Notes under the pieces: generated by a model | Told to the model about the DNA's origin: nothing | Database searches by the model: none | The model's input: the letters and a program-made list of their open reading frames with translations, nothing else | Origin: Heterodontus francisci | Lineage: Eukaryota | NCBI RefSeq assembly: GCF_036365525.1 | Contig: NW_027140453.1 | Location: 434,001 to 498,000 of the forward strand | Length of the DNA stretch: 64,000 nucleotides | Reading direction: 5' to 3' | Shown: positions 11,955 through 23,975 of the stretch, piece after piece | How the letters are laid out: each line of letters starts with the position of its first letter | Numbering within the stretch: the first letter of the stretch is position 1 | Position numbers and translations under genes: made by a program

Positions 11955-12348
11955 ATGACTGTGTCTCACCTCTGGGTTGTGTTGCTGGTGTTAAGGGGTA
12001 AGGTGGAACTGAACTGGGAGATGACAGTGATCCTCACTGATCCTTGCCCGAATGTCCCCTTTGGGGTTTAACCCCCTCCGAGGTTTATTAACACCGTTTG
12101 GCTGTGTAGATTCTCTCTGCATCGGTTTATATATCACTCGGTCTATCTCTCTCTTTTTCTTCCTATCTTTTTCACACTTTCTCTCTCCCTATCCTCTTTT
12201 TTCTGTCTTTTTCTAGTCTGACTCTCCTTTTGTCCGTTTCTCATTCTCCCTGTCCCTGTCTGCTTTCCTCTCTCTCTCTCTTTCTCTCACTCTTTCCCTT
12301 TCTTTGTTCTATGGATTACCCTTGGTTTTACCTTTAACTTTCTGTCAT

Positions 12349-12387
<39 letters not shown>

Positions 12388-12859
12388 GCATGTCTCATTT
12401 TCTCTCACTCACTCTTTCTCCCTCTCTATTTTTCTGTCTTTATAACACGGAGCTCTCTCTCTCTCTGTTTCTCTCTCACACACACTCCCACCTCTCCATT
12501 CATTTACCCCTTCATGGTGCATCATTCTTAACACCTCTCTGCTCACTTTGTGTTTTACAGATGTTGGAGCCGTGCTGATCCAACAGATTCCCCCTTCTAT
12601 ATCCCATTCCCCGGGATCTCCAGTCAGCATCGAGTGCATTTGCACTGAAGCAGCAGCTGACTCGTATTTCCACTGGTACCGATGGCACCCTGACAGTGAG
12701 CCTCAGGACCTTTTCTATTCTAACTACATCGACATGGTCACCCCCTCCGGTGAGGTGGACGGTTTCACCGCCAGGAGACCTGACAGCACTCACTTTTACC
12801 TGGAGTCCTCCGGCCTGTGGGAGAATCACTCAGCCGTGTATTACTGTGCCTGGAGTTTA
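11955..12859 (+). CDS. TRBV: TCR beta V gene 2, TRBV30-like (leader 11955-11997, V exon 12561-12859)
   Basis: Leader MTVSHLWVVLLVLR with GTAAGG donor; exon DVGAVLIQQIP...GSPVSIEC...WYRW...LFYS...ARRPDSTHFYLESS...YYCAWS. Confidence 0.95.
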
Positions 12860-12898
12860 CACAGTGACTCAGAGAAATACAGCAGTTCAACAAAAAAC
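12860..12898 (+). promoter_or_regulatory. 23-RSS of TRBV gene 2
   Basis: CACAGTG, 23 nt, ACAAAAAAC. Confidence 0.95.
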
Positions 12899-13685
12899 CC
12901 AAAGGAGACAGGAATTAACTGTGGCAGAGTGATCTGTCTCTCTGTCTGCCTGTGAGTCTGTCTGTCTCCTTGTATGTCTCTTTAACAATCTGTCTATCTA
13001 AACACACAACTGTCTGTCTGCATCTGTGCATACATTTCACTCATCCTCCTGTCTGCAACCTGTCTATCGATCTATCATCCACTAACCTACCTGCCTCTAT
13101 TCTTTACTTCATGACGTTAAATAAATGATATACCATTCACATCGATTAGTCGACCTACTCTCTGCAAATGTAGAAGAGTTCAACTCATTTTGAGTTATCA
13201 ATAATGCCATGTCAATGATTGTCTCGCCTCTCTCTTCACTGTTGCCTCCATATATTAACAAGTACATGAGGAGCGGGGTGAAAAGGGGTTTTAAAGGGCA
13301 GAGCTGAAAGGGTGGAAGGAGGAGTGTGGGGAGCCGTTATGCTGTCTGAGGGAAAGGATTGGGACAAATCCCCTTCTCCAACACCTCGTTACCTTCAGAG
13401 ATCACCTGGCTTCGGTGTGAAAGCAAGCTCACAAAGAGATAAGAATGAGGATATTTACAGTGGAGCAGAAAGTGACGAGGGGGGAGGCAAGGGGAGAGAA
13501 TAAAGAGGGAAGCGGTGGCATAAAGAAGCAAGCAAAAGAATGGGGGACAACTTAAAGGTAGGGGCGGGGATCATTGCCTTGAGATAACTTCCTCTTATGA
13601 CGATCCGCTCTGCCAACACCTCATCTCTCTCCCTCCCTTAAAACCCAGAGTAACCAGCAGAAAGTCTCTCAGATCCACCGCAAAC

Positions 13686-14418
13686 ATGCCTTTCAGTTTC
13701 ATCCTCTTTGCTATTTCCCTTCTGGCGCTGAGTAGGTTAACACTCTGTCCCAATCACTCTTCTACATTTGATAATAGAAAGGGATGATTAATGATCTCAA
13801 TATAACTGAGCAGCGATTACTTGTTAAATCAGTAATCGATTATTTCATATCAGACAGTGAACTCATTCATCTGTCCCCCAGTTCGGGAAGACAAGTGCTA
13901 TTAATATGATGTTAACTCTTTAATGTTTGCACCCACTTGCAAGCTTGTGGATTCCACAATTCTATTTTACAGTTGTAAAGATCCAGATGCTTGCAGGAAA
14001 TTAGGACACAGACCGAATTTCCGTCGTTAATTCGGTGCAACACCGACGTCCATCGTCGCAATTGTAACTCCATCGATACCAGTTCATTCACTCTAATTTC
14101 TCTTTCTAGGTGTTTGCCGGGGTGATGTGATACATCAATGGCATCAGTCACTGGCTGTTAAACAACCAGGACCCGTGGAAATGAACTGTCTGCAGGAAGG
14201 AGCAGTTCGCAACAACATGTACTGGTATCGTCAGTCCCCCGGCAGAGGATTCCTGTTAATCGGGTTTACATTAGCAGCAGGTGAACCTCAATATGAAGAT
14301 GGATTTAAGAGCGGATTTGCAATCACGAGGACTCTGGAAAATAAGAAATCCACTCTGACGATCGAGAGTGTGAACGCCACGGACGAGGCGGTGTATTTCT
14401 GTGCAGCTGGTGATGGGA
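13686..14418 (+). CDS. TRBV: TCR beta V gene 3 (leader 13686-13731, V exon 14110-14418)
   Basis: Leader MPFSFILFAISLLAL with GTAGGT donor; exon VCRGDVIHQW...MNCLQEG...MYWYRQSPG...DEAVYFCAAGDG. Confidence 0.95.
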
Positions 14419-14457
14419 CACAGCGGTTCAGAGTCATTGGCTGCCTTGACAAAAACC
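14419..14457 (+). promoter_or_regulatory. 23-RSS of TRBV gene 3
   Basis: CACAGCG, 23 nt, ACAAAAACC. Confidence 0.97.
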
Positions 14458-14704
14458 CTCACATGTCTCCCTTCAAACAGATGCATTTAACCCAGCATTC
14501 GGTGAAGAGCAGCCCTGGGTGATCGGATGCGGATCTGCATCTGTTCAGTGACCGTTCGAATCGCAGAACTCCCATGTTCTAACTCCCCACAACCAGATAT
14601 ATGTAAATGGATGCTGGATAAAAACATTAGGGAGCAGGAAATAGCACCTCATACTGATAGGGCTGGGTGAAGACATTGTTTATGTTCTTTCATCGGATGT
14701 GGGA

Positions 14705-15110
14705 ATAAAATATGAGAATAAGCTAACCAGCAATATAAAAACAGATGGTAGGAGCTTTTACATAAAAAGCAAGAGAGTAGCTAAAGTTGACGTTGGTCCC
14801 TTGGAGGTAAAGACAGGAATAATTATCATGGGGAATGGGGAAATGGCAGGGGCATTGAACTAATATTTTGTGCCTGTCTTCACAGTAGAAGACACAAGTT
14901 CCATACCAGAAATAGACAGTAATGTGGGGGCTAAGAAGAGTGAGGAAATTAAGGATATTCATATCAATTGAGAAAAAGTCTTGGAGAAACTTCAGGGCTT
15001 AAAATCTGACAAGTCCCCTGGAACAGATGGATTTCATACTTGAGTTCTAAAAGAGAATGCTGCAGAGAGAGTGGATGCACTGGCTATGATTTTCCAGAAT
15101 TCCTTAGATT
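14705..15110 (+). mobile_element. CR1-type LINE internal fragment
   Basis: Degenerate MAGALNxYFVPVFTVED...LKSDKSPGTDGFH..VLKE...DALAMIFQNSLDS. Confidence 0.75.
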
Positions 15111-15599
15111 CAGAATTTAAATTCTGCCATCTGACCTGGTGGGATTCGAACGCATGTCCCCTGGAGAATCCGCCTCCCCCCACCCCCTCCACCACCACCC
15201 CCCCCCCCCCCCCCGGCCTCTGGATTTCTAGCTCAGTGACATCACAACTACACTGCCATCTGCCCCAGACTAGTCTGAAACATGGGCCCATCGGGCCGAA
15301 TAGCCTGAATCTGTGCTGTAAATTCTATCTAATACGATGTCACCAGCGTCACCAGCTGAAGCAATGGATAAAAATGAGGAAGATGGAGCAATTGCAAAGC
15401 ATGTCTTCAAAATGCCTATTTTATCAATTGCAATGTGCAAATCGCAGGTGCCTGTAGTTACACGTTACAGCCAGGAGGTGGGGATGGAGCTCCACCGCAG
15501 CCTGAGTCCCACTTGCTTCTGAAAAGACTGAGCAAGCAATGCAGCAGTGAATTGATCCATCTACCGAATAGTGCCGGCCATCAAGCACCTAAATATTCT

Positions 15600-16545
15600 C
15601 GTCCCATTTTTCAGCATTTGGCCCGTAGTCTTGTATGCTATGGCGTTTCAAGTGCTCATCTAAATATTTCTTAAATGTTGTGATGCTTCCTGCCTCTACC
15701 ACCTCTTTTAGCAGAGCGTTCCAGATTCCAACCACCCTCTGGTTGACACATTTTTTCCTCACATCCACTCTAAACCTCCTGCCTCTTACCTTAAATCTAT
15801 GCCCTGGTTATTGCCCCTCCTATAAAGGGAAAAAAATCTTCCTATCTGACCTATCAGTGCACCTCATAATCTTGTATACCTCAATCAGGTCCCCCCTCAG
15901 CCTCCTCTGCTGGGTATAAAACAACCCGAGCCTTTTGAATCTCTCATCATAGCTGAAATGTTCCATCCCAGGCAACATCCTGGTGAATCTCCTCAAGACC
16001 CCCTCCAGTGCAATCACATCTTTCCTTTCGTGTGGTGCCCAGAACTGTACATCCATATCGTCCTGAAATCTAAGGCTTCCCTCTTCACTATTTGCAACGT
16101 CAACAATTTTCATGTTGTCTGCGAACTTATATTTAATACCTGCTATATTCACATCAAAATCATTAATTTGCACCAGAAACAGCAAGGGCCCAGCACAGAT
16201 CCCTGTGGTACACCATTGGTCACAGATTATTAGATTAGATTTGATTAGAGTTACAGCACCGAAACAGGCCCTTCGGCCCACTGAGTCTGCGCCGACCATC
16301 AACCACCCAGGGTCCCACTCACGAAAACAACCCTCGACCTTTACCCTCTGCCTCCTGCCAATAAGCCAATTTTGAATCCAATTTACCAAATTGCCCTGGA
16401 TCCCATGTGCTCTTAGCTTCTTAACCAATCTCTCTTGTGGGGCTTTATCAAAAGCCTTACTGAATTCCATGTAGACGACATCAACTACTTACCCCTCATC
16501 TACACATCAAGTCACCTCCTCGAAAAATACAATCAAGTTGGTATA
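15600..16545 (-). mobile_element. CR1-type LINE fragments with a nested SINE tail (~16228-16305)
   Basis: MEFSKAFDKAP...WIQNWL...KFADN...FWAPHERKDVIALE motifs on the minus strand. Confidence 0.85.
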
Positions 16546-16819
16546 TATGTCAATCATTCCAATCTTTATGAACATCCCCAAACCCTGCAATAGATGGGAC
16601 TTTGCAAGTCAATCCTGTGTAATTCTAATTCCTGCACCCACACAGGTGAAAGAACCACCTTCTTTGTTGGATACACAAGGGAAGTTCTATTGGTTGACAT
16701 TGCAATGAAGTCACTTCCACACTGCATCACAAAAGCAGGCTGTGCACCAATAGGACTGCAGTGTGTGTGAGAGCTGGACCAAGCTGGAAGGTTGAAAGAA
16801 GGGTTCACATTCCTGCATC

Positions 16820-17481
16820 ATGCTGTGTACTGTTTACCTCCATCTACTGTTCCTGCTGCTCCCAGGTTACTGCTCCTACTTGGAGGGAAATTCAGGCCCC
16901 AGTTAATCAGCTTTGAGACACAATTCCTGTTGATATCGAAGGGCTCCAATCAGTTAGAGATTTACTGGTTTGGTTTTATTGTTGAGGACAAGTGTCGTTA
17001 TTTAGCGCTGCTGCAGTTGTGCCCAGCGATTCTGGGAATCAGCATATGACCCCTGTGCTGGGGCGTCAGCGGGCTGATCGACTGCAGTGTGCATCGTGAG
17101 TTTTACCATTAAATCTCTCTCTCTCTCCTCATTGTGTCTGTTCTCTTTGACCCGATCTGTTTCTCATGTTCCTGCACAGCCCGGTCCAGGAGCGCTCTCG
17201 TTACCCAGTGGGGGAACCGGCTGACGGTCGCAGAGGGGAAAACGGTGGAAATGCACTGTTTCCAGAATGACACCGACGACAGTTACATGTACTGGTATCG
17301 CCAGCAGAGCGGAGCAGGGTTACAGCTCATAGTGACCTCGCTTGGCACCTCTGATCCCAGGCCTGAAGAAGGTTTCAAGGAGAGATTTAAAGTCACCAGA
17401 CCCGATCTTAAAACCTGCAGCCTGAAAATACTGAGGGTGGATCAGACTGACAGGGCGGTGTATTACTGTGCTGCTAGTGAT
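16820..17481 (+). CDS. TRBV: TCR beta V gene 4 (leader 16820-16865, V exon 17180-17481)
   Basis: Leader MLCTVYLHLLFLLLP with a weak GTTACT donor; exon RSRSALVTQWG...MHCFQND...MYWYRQQSG...DRAVYYCAASD. Confidence 0.92.
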
Positions 17482-17520
17482 CACAGTGATTCAAACAGGA
17501 GCAGGGCTGCGTCAAAAACA
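17482..17520 (+). promoter_or_regulatory. 23-RSS of TRBV gene 4
   Basis: CACAGTG, 23 nt, TCAAAAACA. Confidence 0.92.
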
Positions 17521-18234
17521 TACCACCCTCTTATACTGTGAGTGTTAGAGAGGAAAACTCAAGGAAGCAGAGCTCATAAAGACAGCTGTTCATTGATGAA
17601 ACTTTGCAGAGTTTTCCATCAACTATCAGAGTGTTGAAATAATCCAATAGTTTCTCAGTGCTCCCAGAGAGACAGCTCAAAATCCAGTTCCACACTTCAG
17701 TACTTTCCAAAGCGGATGAAATAATCTGCAAAGAATTGGACAATCATACAGGACAGAGGAGGCAATTCGGCCCATCGTTCCTGTGCCATCACTTCGGAAG
17801 ATCTACTTATTTCATCCCACTCTCCTGCTCTTTCCTCAATGGGAGGCAGATATTTCCTGTTCAAATATATTTCCCAATCTCCTTTCCAAGTTACTGCTGA
17901 ATCTGCTTCCTCCATCCTTTCAGGCATCGCATTCCTGATCAAAATAACTCAACAAGTTAAAAGAAAAATCTCTTCAGCTGTGCTGGTATTGTCTGTGTGA
18001 GTCTGCATCTCTATCTTTCAGCTTGCAAGCAGCTCTTAAAGTGATAAATAGATGGCTTGGTTCTGCTGAAAGACAGAACTATCAAAGTTCCGATGGATAG
18101 ATACATCTTATTGTCTTAGAATATCACCCTGTACCGTTTAAACTGACCATTGTTGTGTTTATCACAAATTTCACCCAATTTTGATCATCTGGTTAGCAAT
18201 CAAGTTACTGCCACTTATCATCGACATTCCTCAT

Positions 18235-18895
18235 CACAGAATCAGAGAATTGGTACAGTACAGGAGGCCATTCGGCCCATCGTGTCAGAACTGGCCCTCC
18301 GAATGAGCAATTCACTTAGTCCCATTCCCCCGCCTTCTTCCCGTAACCCTGCACATTCTTCCTTTTTCATAAGTCCCTTTTGAATGCCCCGATTGAACGT
18401 GCCCTCATCATACTCTCTGGGCCTGCACTCCAGACATTAACCACTCGCTGTGTGAAACAATTTTTTCCTCATGTCACTTTTACTTCTTTTTCAAATTAGT
18501 TTAAATCTGTGCCCTCTCATTCTCCATCCTTTCACGAGTGGGAGCAGTTTCTCTCTATCTGTTCTGTCCCGAAACCTCATGATTTTGAATCCCCCTATCA
18601 AATCACCTCTCAGCCTTCTCTCCTCCAAGGCAAGTAATCCCAACTTCTCCAATCTATCATCATAACTGAGTTCCCTCACCCGTGGAGCCATTCTCCTGAA
18701 TCTTTCCCTCACTCTCTCCAATTCTTTCATTTCTTTCCTCAAGTGCGGCTCCCAGAACTGGACACAATACTCCAGCTGAGGTCGAACTAGTGTCTTATAC
18801 AAGTTCAACTTATTTCCTTGCTCTTGTACTCTATGCCCCTTTTAATAAAGCCCAGGATACTGTATGCTTTATTAACTGCTCTCTCAACCTGTCCA
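18235..18895 (-). mobile_element. CR1-type LINE 3' fragment
   Basis: LYKTLVRPQLEYCVQFWEPHLRK...LRGDLI motif plus tail. Confidence 0.88.
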
Positions 18896-18982
18896 GCGCC
18901 AACCATGAATAATGCTTGAGGTTAATCTGCGTATCAGTATCTTTTTATTGACAAACCGCTAACTTATCAATCTCATTTTCAG

Positions 18983-19186
18983 AAATTATATTCCGATATC
19001 CCTAGGTAGAGCAATCCCCACCTTCCTGGAATGCACTGTCTCATAACTGCATTCAATTCACGTACTTTGGTCTAACGAAGGTGCAGCAGGAACTCCCAGG
19101 CGCTGGGGCCGGGATTTCAGCTGAAACTTGGTCCAACTGGTGGAGGGTCCATCGAGCTGACTGAGACCGTCACTGGTGTCACAGTG
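18983..19186 (+). pseudogene. Degenerate V relic with internal deletions
   Basis: Acceptor ttttcag, then VEQSP, then in another frame LECTVS*LHSIHVLW...DFS*NLVQL, ending at a CACAGTG heptamer (19180-19186) with no nonamer. Confidence 0.45.
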
Positions 19187-20919
19187 AATCTCAACAATAA
19201 GGTTTATCTGGTATCTCTCAGCTCTGTACTCTCTGAATTAAACTGTGTTGGGTTCTATCACTAAGCTAAACAGGGCACTGGTATGGAAGGCTGCATTCTA
19301 AAGAGGCAGGCTTAGGAATGCAGGATTTGCCAGATGCCAAAAAAACCAGGACACCTCGTTCACCTTCTGGTATCCTTGTAGACCAATAATGTCGTTGTTG
19401 ATGATCATGGCCTTTGTAACCGTAGTTGTTCTGTTCCAGGACGGGTATTCCAGCAATGATGCTCAGCATAAAGCTGCTGGATTGGCGGAAAGAGCCACCT
19501 GGATCATTGATATCCTTTAGGGAAGGAATTTTGCCTCCCACACCCAGTCTGGACTCTCAGTGACTCCAGACCCCGGCAGCAGTGCTGTTCACCCTTCACT
19601 GCCCTGAGGAATGGGCCTAGTAAGCCACGCAGTTGCATTCAAGAAGAAGTCTGCTCAAGAGCGTTTAGACTTGGGAATAAACGTGGCCCTCGCCAGCCCT
19701 CATCCCGTAACAGAACAGAAATAAACCAATTGCGGTGACTTGATCTACAACAGGGCCCAGGCATGAGGTGTGGAAAGCACCAAAATGTCAGGCCCAAAGT
19801 CCCTGTTCCTCCCAAGCAGGCAGCTCTTGGCACATGTCATGTCTCAAATTAATCATCGACTGCATCCCAAAAAAGTTCCTCACTGAAGGAAATCTATCAA
19901 ATCTGGATTTGGATGGATCAATACCACGGGGCAAACACAGTCTTAGGGCCCCTATTGAAAAAGGAATGACCGGTGTCTCATTGACATACTTCCACATGTC
20001 ATGTTAAACCTCTTCAACACTGACCTGTTCACATGATAACCAGCCTGCTCTTGACAGAATTCCCTGGTGTACCGGGAGGAATTTGTCCCAGGGCAATTCC
20101 TACTCCAACACAGCCATATAAGTAGGGTTTGCTTGACTGGAACCCTGTCTGCAGTGAGAATGCACCCATAGAGATAACAGATAAGGTTCACCGACTCCCA
20201 ATAGCTTTGTTGTCACGTTTCATATGCCAAAGGGTGGAGAATAGTTTTACTTTTCTTAAATAAAGGAAATGATGTCAAGTTGTTCCTTTCTGATCTGTCC
20301 ACATTGTAGCATCACAGAAAGATTCAACACAAAGGAGATCATACCGCCTCTGCTTGCTTTTGTGAAAATATCTATCCAGTTAGTCCCACTTTCCTGCCCT
20401 TTTGCCCTAGTCCTGGAAATCTTCTGCTCCAAGGATCTATCCAATTCCCTTTTGAAAGCTGAATGCCATTCCACTGCCCTTTCAGGTGATGTGTTCCAGA
20501 TCATTAATACCCGTCCCACTCAGAATCTTTCTCCTCGTCCCGCTTCTGCTTCTTTTGCCACTGACCCTAAATCAGCGCCTCCCTGGTTAGCGACCTTCCT
20601 GCCACAGAAAACAGCTTCTCCCTGTTCAATTTATCAAAACCCTTCCTGATTTCCAACACAACCTTCCTCTGGGTCCCTTAACCTTCTCTGCTCTGATTAT
20701 AATTCATTCCGATCACCTGGAAATTGCACTGAAATCGATAAACTTCCCTTATCAAGATCTGGTTTGGCCTGTAACTGGCTTCAGGGTTTGCCATGACGAG
20801 ACTTCATGGTCAAGTGAAACACGGATTAGACCGGAAGAGAAAGATAATATTTTAGACGGTATGTGCTGTGATGACACAATGATCTGACACTGCAAACACG
20901 CAGGAACCACTTACATCAG

Positions 20920-21580
20920 AACATTAGAAAATAGGAGCAGGAGTAAGCCATTCGGCCCGCCGTGTCTGCTCCTCCACATAATGAAGATCTTGAGGATCTG
21001 CTACCTTCACTCCACTTTCCCGCCATATTCCTACATCCCTGGATTCCCTTGGTGCCTAAAATCTATGGATCTCATGTCTTCAATTTTCTCAATGACTGAG
21101 AATTCCACAGCTCTCTGAATTCCAAAGAGTCATAACCCTCTGAGTGAAGACATTCGTCCTCATCTAAGTACGATAGACGACCCCTTATCCTGAAGATTCG
21201 ACCCCTTATTTCTAGGCTCTCCAGCCAGGGGGGAAACAGCCTCTCAGTGTGTACCATGTCAAACCCGCTCATAATCTTGTACGTTTCAAATGGATCACCT
21301 CTGATTCTTCCAGAGAATAACAGCCCATTCGACTCAATTTCTCCTCATAGGGCAGCCTTCTCCTCCGAGGAACCAATTGAGTGAACCTTCGTTGCAACCT
21401 CCTCTAAGGCAAATACATGCTTCCGTAGATAAGGAGAGCAACACTCTACACAACACTAAAGGTGTGTTGTTACCAAAGTCCTAACTAGCTGCAGAAAGAT
21501 TTCCTTACTCTTATGTTTCAAAGCTAACATGTTACTCGCCTTCCTAATTCCTTGCTGTACCTTGATGTAAAATTGCTCTG
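20920..21580 (-). mobile_element. CR1-type LINE 3' fragment
   Basis: Tail ggagcaggagtaagccattcggccc; decayed RT C-terminus. Confidence 0.7.
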
Positions 21581-22272
21581 ATTCATATACACGGGTCCCT
21601 CTTTCAGTATCAATAATGAGAAGAATGTTGTCATTGAAATTACTCACCCTGTTTCTCGACCACTTTTGCTGCAGCCCCAGATATTTTCAAATTGGACTGG
21701 AGTTCCCGACATCTACAACAGGCCATCATTTCTTTTCTTTAGCTTTTATGAAGTGGAAGACTTTTAATGGGCTCCTGACGGTAAGATGTCCTCCAGCCTT
21801 TACGGATTCGAGATGCTGTGCACATTTCCAACCTCCATTATGCCAGTGGAGTCGAAAGTGAGTTCCTTAGCTGATGTGTTCTCTGATGATTGAAGCAAAA
21901 TTGCAGGGACGCAGATCAGAAGTCTTTTCCACGTGCCAACAAGATAGTAACCCTTTACTTGCAGGGTCCAAGATCGAGCAGCGTGATAAAACTGCCGGTC
22001 GGCACCCTGTCTCGAAATTCCAATGTGAGGTGAATGCACATAACCAGGAATGAATTCCAACTGATGCATCTTAGATCCAATAGTGTTAGTGGAGGGGTTG
22101 CGGGGGTGGGGAGTTTCGCTCAATTTGTCACGATCTGGTCATCTTTGCACATGGCAATAAATAATCCGACATCTCACTGGAAGTAGGTAGCATTGATCAT
22201 ACTCGGACTGCGACTCCTTTACGTCAGATGGATGATCCAAATGATGAATGGTGATGAAAATTCCCTCTGCGG

Positions 22273-22378
22273 CCGCCAGAGGGCGCGATCACTCGCTGAA
22301 TGGAAATTCATTGTCTCTCCATCTGATCGAATCCCATTTGCAGCCACAAGTTCTGAGGAGAACTGCGCCATCTCCTGG
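22273..22378. promoter_or_regulatory. Pair of oppositely oriented CTCF-like motifs
   Basis: CCGCCAGAGGGCGC (+, 22273-22286) and CCAGGAGATGGCGC (-, 22365-22378). Confidence 0.6.
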
Positions 22379-22849
22379 TGGAAACTGAGAATGACCAGAC
22401 AATCTGTTTTAGTTAAGTTGGTTTAGGGATGTCTATTGCCCCAGATAATCCTCCAGAATGCTCCTGTTATTCTCCGAAATAGTGGCTATGGGATCATTCC
22501 CGTCTGCAGTCGGGACCTCGTTTTAACATCTCAGCCAAAATAAAGAGAGTACCTCGGTGCTACACCTCCACACGGTGCAGCACTTTCTCTGTCCTGCACT
22601 GGGAGTGTCAGCCTAGATTTTATGCTTAAATCATGGTGCGGGGACTTAAACCCACAAACCTCTGACTCAGTGCCGAGGTACTCCCCACTAAACCACGGCT
22701 GATATATAAAGACACATCAGAGGAAGTGGTCAGTCATACAGGGTGCTTTGAGGTTCTCCCATCTGTAGCGATGACGAATGCTACACCGCCTTTTGAAACA
22801 ACCAGCACTCTGTGGACTAATCAGAAAACCAAGAGTCGGATACACACTT

Positions 22850-23975
22850 TTTGATGAGGTAACAGAGAGGGTTAATGAGGGTATTGCGGTTGATGTGGTG
22901 TACATGAACTTCAAAAAAAGCGTTTGATAAAGTACTACATAACAGGCTTGTCAGCAAAGATAAAGCTTATGCAATAAAAGGGGCATTATCAACATGGATA
23001 CAAAGTTACAGGGAACATAGTAGTGGTAAACGGTTGTTGTTCAGACGAGAGGAAGGTATATAGTGCGGTTCTCCAGGGACCACTGTTTTTCTTGATTGAT
23101 ATTAATGACCTAGACTTGGGTGGGCAGGGCACAATTTCAAACTTTGCAGATGACACAAAACGTGGAAGTATTGTGAACCGTGAGGAGGATGGTGATAGAT
23201 TTTAAGAGGATGTAGAATGACTGGTGGAATGGGCGGGCAAATTGCAAATGCAGTTTATTACATAAAGGTGTGAAGTCTTTCATTTTGGTAGTGAAAACGA
23301 GGAGAGACAATCTCAAATAAAGGATACAATTCTAAAGGTGGTGCAGGAACAGAGGGACCTGGGTGTATATCAGTGTAAATTACTCAAGATGACAGGGCAA
23401 GTTGAGGAAGTGGTTAATCAGGCAGACTGAATCCTGGGCTTTATCAATGGAGGCATCAAATTTTTAAAAAAACAAAGAGGTTACAGGGAACCTCGACATA
23501 ACACGGGTTCCACCTCAACTGGAATATTACACCCAATTCTGGATACCACACTTTAAGAAGGATGTCAAGGGTGCAGAAAAGATTTAAGAGATTGGTTCCA
23601 GGGATGAGGGGCTTCTGTTACGTGGATAGATTGGAGAAGCTGGGGTTGTTCGCCATAGAGAAGAGAAACTTGAGAGGAGATTTGACAGAGTTGTGCAAAA
23701 TCATGAGGGACCCAGACAGAGTAGATCTGTTCTCAGTGGCAGAAGGGTGGAGAACCAGGGGACACCAGTTTAAAGTAAATGGCTAAAAAAACAAACAAAC
23801 AAACAAAGGTGACAGGGGGAATTCCTCTTCTACACAGAGAGGGTTAGGATCTGCGACGCACTGCCTGACAGTGCGATGCTGGTAGTGTCAATCGAGGTCC
23901 TGGATAACTATCTGAAGAGAAACAAAAATGTACAGGGCTGCGGGAAAAAGGCCAGGGAATTGGACAAGCTGAGCT
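22850..23975 (+). mobile_element. CR1-type LINE fragment
   Basis: AVDVVYMNF..AFDKV, FADDTK, LEKLGLF...LRGDL motifs. Confidence 0.88.
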
